A stretch of 34,241 bases of DNA from Bacteroidota bacterium. Lineage in GTDB: Bacteria > Bacteroidota > Bacteroidia > Chitinophagales > Chitinophagaceae. Positions within the stretch are counted from its first letter, which is position 1, and every line of letters begins with the position of its first letter. The position numbers and the translations under genes are program-made. The notes under the pieces were generated by a model. That model was not told the origin of the DNA, ran no database searches, and worked only from the letters and a program-made list of their open reading frames with translations. Shown here piece by piece: positions 28,794 to 34,241 of the stretch. The stretch spans positions 1 through 34,241 of the forward strand of contig CANHJA010000001.1 of assembly GCA_947460795.1 (NCBI GenBank). The letters are read 5' to 3'.

Positions 28794-29315
28794 TTAGTTA
28801 TCTTCGCTTTCAACCGTTTTGTTCAATCTTGAAATAAGATTAAACTTTTTAGTTTTTTCGTCAAACTTATAAAAGTAATAATGCAAGTCTATTTTTTTTT
28901 CATCCTTTTCATTCATTAGCGTTTCGTATGTGTAGAATAAATAGCTATTTTTTTCATATCTAATATTCTCATTATTGTCATAATATACACCTCTATATGA
29001 GTGTTCAGTCGGTATAGAATAAATCAAACCTGTATTCCTATCTACCATTACTCCATTACTACAGCCAGTGCCGCATCCCCATAATATGACAACATAATGT
29101 CCACCAAAGTCAACATTTGTGTTGTTATATCCTTCTGTTATTGCTGTTCGAAATTTTCTTCCAAGTTTGTGACTATATAAATTTAGATTTGCTTTCTTGC
29201 TATTAGAGATTTTGGCTGGATAATTTTCAAACTTAACTCCTCCTACTGATTGTGAAAAAATGCTTGTATAGAAAAACACACATGCTATAGCCAAGATGAT
29301 TTTTGATAGTTTCAT
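28794..29315 (-). CDS. secreted hypothetical protein
   Basis: 173 aa with a signal peptide (MKLSKIILAIACVFFYTSIFSQ) and a Cys-containing block GGHYVVILWGCGTGCSNG. I recognise no family with confidence. Confidence 0.6.
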   Translation of the reverse strand: MKLSKIILAIACVFFYTSIFSQSVGGVKFENYPAKISNSKKANLNLYSHKLGRKFRTAITEGYNNTNVDFGGHYVVILWGCGTGCSNGVMVDRNTGLIYSIPTEHSYRGVYYDNNENIRYEKNSYLFYTYETLMNEKDEKKIDLHYYFYKFDEKTKKFNLISRLNKTVESEDN

Positions 29316-29462
29316 TTTTTTTATTTTTTTATTTTGAAGTGATTAAATAATCAATATTTTAATAAATGAATTCCATAGGAAGGTACATTTAAAAATATAT
29401 TTCTTTACAGTATATAAATGCCTATTTTACTCGTGTTTGTAGAACTAAATTAATTTTATTTC

Positions 29463-29852
29463 TCAATATCCTATTTTTCCAGCTCCCGTGTTTCTATTAT
29501 ATTTGACAGTATAAGGATAGACTTGTTCCGACATTCCATCGTCACCAGGTTTTTTAATTATTTGTAAACTTGTTTTTTCGCCTTTTGCATTTTTAAGTGT
29601 AAATACTTGGGAGTATTTACTTTTACTAAAAGAGCCAGTCATCTTTAAACTTTCATATATTTCCATACCCGCTATTGCAAATATTACTGAATTTTCTAAA
29701 ATGTAGATATCCCAAAATGGCTCAGTCCCAAATCCATGAAACAAGACTTTTATTTTTTTATTTTGAATATCAGTGTACGTTTTTTTAGGGGACTGTGCAA
29801 TTGTACATATAAATGAACAAAGAATTGCAATTAATAATATTATTTTTTTCAT
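29463..29852 (-). CDS. secreted hypothetical protein or lipoprotein
   Basis: 129 aa with a signal peptide (MKKIILLIAILCSFICTIAQ) and a GTEPFWDIYI block. This resembles the GNEPFW motif of small periplasmic proteins of unknown function. Confidence 0.55.
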   Translation of the reverse strand: MKKIILLIAILCSFICTIAQSPKKTYTDIQNKKIKVLFHGFGTEPFWDIYILENSVIFAIAGMEIYESLKMTGSFSKSKYSQVFTLKNAKGEKTSLQIIKKPGDDGMSEQVYPYTVKYNRNTGAGKIGY

Positions 29853-30040
29853 TTTTTGTTTTTAATTTTTCCTATTTTTTAATTTTAGAATTACGCTTAT
29901 TTTTTAAAATAAATAATTGTATAGTTTACAAAATTAATTCTTTCTGTGTATATAAAAAATATCAGATTTGGTACAATTATTAATTTTTCAAGTGGATATT
30001 TTTTATTTGGGGGATGTAAAATGTTCATTTAATCCTCCAA

Positions 30041-30075
30041 TAAAAAAGTCCCGATTGCTCGGGACTTTTATTTTA
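30041..30075 (-). terminator. Rho-independent terminator of fusA
   Basis: The 8-bp stem AGTCCCGA (30047-30054) pairs with TCGGGACT (30059-30066) around the 4-nt loop TTGC. A T-run follows on the minus strand (plus-strand A5 at 30042-30046). It lies about 25 nt past the stop. Confidence 0.85.
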
Positions 30076-30090
30076 TACTTTCAAATTGAA

Positions 30091-32238
30091 TTATTCTTCA
30101 ATTCTTTTACCTTTTGATTTAGCAATAATTTCTTCTGCTACGTTATTTGGAGCAGGAGCATAATGACTAAATTCCATCGCGTTACTTGCACGACCAGATG
30201 AAATAGAACGCAATTGAGTAACATAACCGAACATTTCAGATAATGGAACTTTCGCTCTGATAACTTGCGCACCAGCTTTAGAATCCATACCTTCCAATAA
30301 TCCACGACGACGATTTAAGTCACCTGTAACGTCTCCCATGTATTGGTCTGGAGTTACTACTTCTACTTTCATGATTGGCTCAAGTAAAGTTGGTTTTGCT
30401 TTACGTCCAGCTTCTCTGAAACCTTGACGAGCACACAACTCAAAACTCATTGCATCAGAATCCACATCATGGTAACTACCATCAAATACTCTGATTTTCA
30501 TATCTACAACTGGATACCCAGCTAATACACCATTGTTCATTGCATTTTCAAATCCTTTTTGAATAGCAGGTAAGAACTCTTTAGGGATAGAACCTCCAAA
30601 TAATTCATTCACGAATTGGAATGATTTACCGTCGTTTTCTTTTAACCATTCTGCATCAGCAGGCCCAATTTCAAATTGAATATCGGCGAATTTACCACGA
30701 CCACCAGATTGTTTTTTCAAAACTTCACGGTGTTCAACTTTATTTTGGAATGCCTCTTTATAAGCAACCATTGGAGCTCCTTGGTTAACTTCCACTTTGA
30801 ATTCACGACGCATACGATCTACAATGATTTCAAGGTGTAACTCACCCATACCACTTAAGATAGTTTGTCCTGTTTCTTCGTCTGTTTTAACACGCAATGT
30901 AGGATCTTCCTCTACTAATTTAGCGATAGCCATACCCATTTTATCAACGTCTGCTTGTGTTTTAGGTTCAACAGCAATCGAGATAACTGGTTCAGGGAAT
31001 GTCATTGACTCTAACACAACTGGGTGTTTTTCATCGCATAAAGTATCTCCTGTTTTAATATCTTTAAATCCTACTGCTGCACCAATATCACCTGCTTCGA
31101 TGTAGTCAACAGGGTTTTGTTTGTTTGCGTGCATTTGCATGATACGAGAAATACGCTCATTTTTACCAGTACGTGTATTCAATACATAAGAACCAGAATC
31201 TAAACGACCTGAATAAGCACGGAAGAACGCCAAACGACCTACGAAAGGATCCGTCATGATTTTAAATGCCAACGCTGAGAAAGGTGCTTTTGCATCAGCT
31301 GGTCTTTTTACCTCTTCTCCAGTATCTGGGTTAACACCATCTACTGCATCAATGTCCAAAGGACCAGGTAAGTAACGACAAACAGCATCTAATGCAGTTT
31401 GAACTCCTTTATTTTTGAATGAAGAACCACACATCATCGGAATGATAGAGATATCAATTACCGCTTTACGAATTGCTTCATGCATTTCTTCTTCAGTGAT
31501 TGAATTTGGATCTTCAAAGAATTTTTCTAATAATTTTTCATCGTATTCAGCAACTGCTTCTACTAATTCTTGACGATATTGATTTACTTCTTCAATCATA
31601 TCTTCAGGAATAGGAACTTCTTTGAAAGTCATCCCTTGTGTAGCGTCGTCCCAAACAATTCCTTTCATTGTAATTAAATCTACCACACCTTTGAAATTAT
31701 CTTCAGCGCCGATAGGCAATTGCAATGGAACTGCTTTAGCACCTAACATTTCACGAACTTGTTTTACAACGTTCAAGAAATCAGCACCGCTTCTATCCAT
31801 TTTATTTACGAAACCAATACGAGGAACTTTGTAACGGTTTGCTTGACGCCAAACTGTTTCAGATTGAGGCTCAACACCTGATACCGCACAGAATAAAGCT
31901 AATAAACCATCCAATACACGCAAAGAACGCTCAACCTCTACCGTGAAATCCACGTGACCTGGAGTATCAATGATGTTGAATTTATATTGTTTTGTATCTG
32001 CATTTTTAACACCTTGTGTCATTGGGAAATTCCAAAAACAAGTTGTTGCAGCTGAAGTAATAGTGATACCTCTTTCTTGTTCTTGAGCCATCCAATCCAT
32101 GGTTGCTCCACCATCGTGAACCTCACCAATTTTGTGGTTAACCCCTGTGTAATACAAAATACGTTCTGTCGTAGTTGTCTTTCCTGCGTCAATATGCGCA
32201 GCAATTCCGAAATTTCTTTGGTAGCGTAAATCTGCCAT
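30091..32238 (-). CDS. fusA: translation elongation factor G
   Basis: 715 aa with G1 [10 protein letters not shown]3 DTPGHVDF and G4 NKMD, and full-length domains II-V. Its G+C content is higher than that of neighbouring genes, as expected for a conserved, highly expressed gene. Confidence 0.95.
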   Translation of the reverse strand: MADLRYQRNFGIAAHIDAGKTTTTERILYYTGVNHKIGEVHDGGATMDWMAQEQERGITITSAATTCFWNFPMTQGVKNADTKQYKFNIIDTPGHVDFTVEVERSLRVLDGLLALFCAVSGVEPQSETVWRQANRYKVPRIGFVNKMDRSGADFLNVVKQVREMLGAKAVPLQLPIGAEDNFKGVVDLITMKGIVWDDATQGMTFKEVPIPEDMIEEVNQYRQELVEAVAEYDEKLLEKFFEDPNSITEEEMHEAIRKAVIDISIIPMMCGSSFKNKGVQTALDAVCRYLPGPLDIDAVDGVNPDTGEEVKRPADAKAPFSALAFKIMTDPFVGRLAFFRAYSGRLDSGSYVLNTRTGKNERISRIMQMHANKQNPVDYIEAGDIGAAVGFKDIKTGDTLCDEKHPVVLESMTFPEPVISIAVEPKTQADVDKMGMAIAKLVEEDPTLRVKTDEETGQTILSGMGELHLEIIVDRMRREFKVEVNQGAPMVAYKEAFQNKVEHREVLKKQSGGRGKFADIQFEIGPADAEWLKENDGKSFQFVNELFGGSIPKEFLPAIQKGFENAMNNGVLAGYPVVDMKIRVFDGSYHDVDSDAMSFELCARQGFREAGRKAKPTLLEPIMKVEVVTPDQYMGDVTGDLNRRRGLLEGMDSKAGAQVIRAKVPLSEMFGYVTQLRSISSGRASNAMEFSHYAPAPNNVAEEIIAKSKGKRIEE

Positions 32239-32456
32239 TTTTGTTGTTTAAATTAATTTATGAATAATAAAAAAACTATTTATTAGCTTTTTAAGAGTTG
32301 CGAAGGTAATACCAATTTTTTAGATAAAAAAAAAGAGTTCGCAATTTAATGTTAAGTTGTTTTTGGACCCCGATTTTTAATGTATTATGATGATATATTC
32401 TTACAAGTGAGCGTGACGACGACAGTTTTATTTATTGGAGACGAAGGAAGCGGTGT

Positions 32457-32540
32457 AGGTTTTGCTTAGAAAGCTTATTGTATCATAAATTACAGGTATG
32501 CTTAGACTGCTTCGTGCCTCGCAGTGACGTCCCCTCGTGG
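32457..32540. repeat. direct repeat copy A (contains a REP-like ~30-nt element, forward orientation)
   Basis: AGGTTTTGCTTAGAAAGCTTATTGTATCATAAATTACAGGTATGCTTAGACTGCTTCGTGCCTCGCAGTGACGTCCCCTCGTGG. It recurs 164 bp downstream as copy B with 3 substitutions in the first 63 nt and 1 more after the insertion point. The 30-mer 32500-32529 is the inverted complement of 32595-32624. Confidence 0.9.
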
Positions 32541-32620
32541 TTGCTGCTATGAAATAATGGAACCTTCAAGATGAGTATAATCTCGATTCCGGAGCGTCGT
32601 TGCGAGGTACGAAGCAATCT

Positions 32621-32722
32621 AGGTTTTGCTTAGAAAGCTTATTGTAACATAAATTATTGGTATGCTTAGACTGCTTCGTGCCTTTCCGAATAGCGGAACA
32701 GGCGCAGTGACGTCACCTCGTG
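32621..32722. repeat. direct repeat copy B (same element, interrupted by a 19-nt hairpin insertion at 32684-32702), abutting the 21-bp array
   Basis: The sequence matches copy A from 32621 to 32683. Then come the extra TTCCGAATAGCGGAACAGG and CGCAGTGACGTCACCTCGTG, which runs straight into the first 21-bp unit at 32721. Confidence 0.9.
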
Positions 32723-33048
32723 CAGGAGCTGGTTCAATACGTGCAGGAGCTCATTCAATACTTGCAGAAGCTGGTTTAATACGTGCAGGAGGTCGTTCAA
32801 TACTTGCAGGAGGTCGTTCAATACTTGCAGGAGGTCGTTCAATACTTGCAGGTGCTGGTTCGATACTTGCAGGAGCTGGTTCAATACTTGCAGGAACTGG
32901 TTTGATACTTGCAGGAGCTGGTTTAATACTTGCAGGAGCTCGTTCAATACTTGCAGGAGGTCGTTCAATACTTGCAGGAGGTTGTTTGATACTTGCAGTT
33001 GATTTTACTAGAAGGGCAGTAACTATTAAAACAAAAAAGGATGTGTAA
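32662..33048 (+). CDS. candidate Gly/Ala-rich heptad-repeat protein (AGAGSIL repeats); mutually exclusive with the minus-strand ORF 32751..33053
   Basis: This ORF runs in the same direction as the downstream genes. Its stop overlaps an ATG of the DUF3817 ORF in an ATGTGTAA arrangement, like aroK/DUF423. It shares the same A/T third positions. Against it, the ATG and first ~20 codons lie inside the REP-like element, and copy A of that element gives only a 9-codon ORF. Confidence 0.25.
   Translation: MLRLLRAFPNSGTGAVTSPRAGAGSIRAGAHSILAEAGLIRAGGRSILAGGRSILAGGRSILAGAGSILAGAGSILAGTGLILAGAGLILAGARSILAGGRSILAGGCLILAVDFTRRAVTIKTKKDV
32721..33000. repeat. tandem repeat of a 21-bp unit, 13 full copies plus a partial 14th (consensus TGCAGGAGCTGGTTCAATACT)
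   Basis: Units start at 32721, 32742, 32763 and so on, every 21 nt, up to 32973, with a partial unit at 32994. Units 4, 5, 6 and 12 are identical (TGCAGGAGGTCGTTCAATACT). Only 9 of the 21 columns vary. Confidence 0.97.
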
Positions 33049-33053
33049 ATCAT
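32751..33053 (-). CDS. candidate secreted heptad-repeat protein (SIE[P/R][A/P]PA repeats); mutually exclusive with the plus-strand ORF 32662..33048
   Basis: The ATG at 33053 gives a non-repeat hydrophobic N-terminus, MIYTSFFVLIVTALLVKSTAS, that looks like a signal peptide. Pro/Ala-rich heptads follow. All consensus third codon positions are A/T, which fits the genome bias. Against this ORF, a promoter would have to sit inside the divergent DUF3817 gene, and the stop is a variant repeat codon. Confidence 0.3.
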   Translation of the reverse strand: MIYTSFFVLIVTALLVKSTASIKQPPASIERPPASIERAPASIKPAPASIKPVPASIEPAPASIEPAPASIERPPASIERPPASIERPPARIKPASASIE

Positions 33054-33073
33054 TTTTGCAGCATCTTTGCGAA

Positions 33074-33388
33074 ATGAACAGCAAGTTGAATTCGATTAAA
33101 CAAATTCGATTAATAGGCATGATTGAAGGTATTTCATATCTTTTTTTATTATTCGTTTCTATGCCTTTAAAATACATCTGGAAAATGCCTCAAGCAGTTA
33201 TCATGAATGGTTGGGTACATGGTTTTTTATTTGTGTTGCTGGCTATTTCGATTTTAAAAACTTGGGTGGTTTGCAAATGGCCTTTTAAACGTGCTTTTAT
33301 AGCTGGCATTGCTTCTTTATTGCCTTTCGGTACTTTTTGGTTTGATAAACGTTTAAAAGAGGAGCAATCATTATACGAACAATATTAA
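33074..33388 (+). CDS. DUF3817 family small integral membrane protein
   Basis: The product reads IRLIGMIEGISYLFLLFVSMPLKY...GWVHGFLF...LLPFGTFWFDKRL, the characteristic DUF3817 pattern. I prefer the ATG at 33074 (104 aa, typical length). The track start at 33041 adds 11 residues and is not excluded. Confidence 0.75.
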   Translation: MNSKLNSIKQIRLIGMIEGISYLFLLFVSMPLKYIWKMPQAVIMNGWVHGFLFVLLAISILKTWVVCKWPFKRAFIAGIASLLPFGTFWFDKRLKEEQSLYEQY

Positions 33389-33397
33389 ATACATTAT

Positions 33398-33976
33398 ATG
33401 ATGAAACAAATCTCTTTTTTTACGCTACTATCTATTTTGGTTATCAGCTTGTCTTCTTTCTTTTTCAATAAAAAAATTGTCAAAAAGCCACAAGCTATTT
33501 TGTTTATGTTGCATCAAAATGAGCGAAAAATTGAGCAATTAAAAAAAATGAATCGCAAAATGGATGCTGATCAGGTGGCCCTTGAAACACAAAATATCAA
33601 CAATTCATTGGTTACTTACTTAAGTTCATCGATCACCTTTTGTCCGGTTTATTTTTTTTACAGTTCAGATTTTGAACAAGTGATTCAAAAGAATTGGGAT
33701 TCGGTACAATTTATTAATAACAGACCTACAGCGAAGCAATTGGAAAATTATTTTATTGGAGACTATAACGAGCCCAGTGGAATTTATTTACACGACGAAA
33801 AATTTCAAGAGCTCGATTTTATACTTAATTATACACCCATACATTTAACCCAAAAAGGCAATGTGGCGGCTTCTTTTTCGATCTTGAAATCGAAAATAGT
33901 TGATGTAAAATTGTACCGATATTACGAAAATTATGAGAAAAGAACCCGCAGACAACAAAATAGAAAGAAACCTTAG
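33398..33976 (+). CDS. hypothetical protein with an N-terminal signal peptide or anchor
   Basis: 192 aa with a hydrophobic N-terminus (FFTLLSILVISLSSFFF) and a basic C-terminal tail. I recognise no family. It lies 9 nt after the DUF3817 gene. Confidence 0.55.
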   Translation: MMKQISFFTLLSILVISLSSFFFNKKIVKKPQAILFMLHQNERKIEQLKKMNRKMDADQVALETQNINNSLVTYLSSSITFCPVYFFYSSDFEQVIQKNWDSVQFINNRPTAKQLENYFIGDYNEPSGIYLHDEKFQELDFILNYTPIHLTQKGNVAASFSILKSKIVDVKLYRYYENYEKRTRRQQNRKKP

Positions 33977-33985
33977 GGCTTGATT

Positions 33986-34016
33986 TTTGTTTTCAACAGC
34001 TTTTTAATTACTTTTG
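33986..34016 (+). promoter_or_regulatory. sigma-A promoter of lpdA
   Basis: TTTG (33986-33989), exactly 19 nt, then TACTTTTG (34009-34016) is a perfect consensus match. It ends 29 nt upstream of the ATG. Confidence 0.75.
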
Positions 34017-34020
34017 CTAA

Positions 34021-34241
<221 letters not shown>

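Noticed and set aside
28892-28900. An A9/T9 homopolymer inside the 173-aa secreted-protein gene, and similar 8-9-nt runs elsewhere, as phase-variation switches.
   Set aside because: Runs of this length are frequent throughout this AT-rich window, in both coding and non-coding sequence. The reading frames are intact. Nothing singles these tracts out as contingency loci.
4138-32204. Short ORFs in the track that lie antisense to, or inside, larger conserved CDSs: 4138-4326, 4350-4661, 6417-6719, 8067-8303, 10958-11176, 11554-11808, 12334-12600, 13123-13338, 14203-14484, 14764-14958, 17257-17451, 17511-17849, 17969-18322, 18944-19129, 20291-20524, 20803-21117, 21274-21474, 24041-24274, 25969-26211, 26450-26680, 26777-26980, 27682-27873, 30797-31105, 31622-31834, 32019-32204, and also 32965-33177.
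   Set aside because: Each is fully or largely overlapped by a longer ORF with clear family motifs. Their products are low-complexity with no recognisable domains. They are typical shadow ORFs of an AT-rich genome.
32457-32722. Copies A and B as the template and variable repeats of a diversity-generating retroelement.
   Set aside because: The window has no reverse transcriptase or accessory gene. The differences between the copies are not adenine-specific (T to A, CA to TT, a C/A change after the insertion point, and a 19-nt indel). Neither copy lies at the 3' end of a credible target gene.
32666-32968. A minus-strand ORF encoding a striking leucine-heptad (LQVLNxL) coiled-coil-like peptide across the 21-bp array.
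   Set aside because: It has no ATG, only an internal TTG inside the repeat. In this frame 5 of 7 consensus third codon positions are G/C, opposite to the genome's strong A/T third-position bias. It is most simply a by-product of a stop-free repeat. Three of the variable columns are synonymous in this frame, so I rank it third rather than impossible.
32721-33000. The 21-bp array as a CRISPR array.
   Set aside because: The units are directly contiguous with no spacers, 21 bp is too short, and the window contains no cas genes or leader.
32721-33000. The array as plasmid-type iterons, a replication origin or a centromere-like parS/parC site.
   Set aside because: There is no adjacent rep, par or dnaA gene and I saw no DnaA-box cluster. 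The flanks are ordinary chromosomal housekeeping genes. The helical phasing (21 bp, two turns) keeps a generic DNA-binding-array role open as a minority hypothesis in the main finding.

Overview
This 34.2-kb window looks like a chromosomal segment from a low-GC member of the Bacteroidota. The phylum call rests on three adjacent proteins ending in T9SS C-terminal sorting domains, a short 291-aa RpoD, and several exact TTTG-N19-TAnnTTTG promoters. I support 33 CDSs (two cut by the window edges) and list two mutually exclusive low-confidence ORFs over the repeat array. Most genes are housekeeping: aroK, pyk, rplY, a cyclophilin, rpoD, fusA, the 5' end of lpdA, a PyrR-like protein, a PfkB kinase, an LptF/G permease and an RsmF-like methyltransferase. 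Envelope and glycan genes include two polyprenyl-phosphate-sugar GT2 genes each paired with a polytopic membrane protein, and a PAP2-KdsB fusion. I saw no rRNA, tRNA, CRISPR array, transposase or integrase. The standout is the only large unannotated gap (32239-33073), between fusA and a DUF3817 gene. It is visibly richer in G+C than its surroundings. It holds a ~164-bp tandem duplication built from direct and inverted copies of a ~30-nt REP-like palindromic element. This is followed by 13 full copies and one partial copy of a 21-bp unit. The array is free of stops in 4 of 6 frames and gives heptad-repeat ORFs on both strands. I cannot tell from sequence alone whether this is a repeat protein, a structured RNA or a DNA-level site array. 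Secondary points are the PAP2-KdsB fusion, a split membrane HdrD/DsrMK-like Fe-S pair, a J-domain-KTSC mini-protein, a T9SS cargo trio and three orphan envelope proteins.
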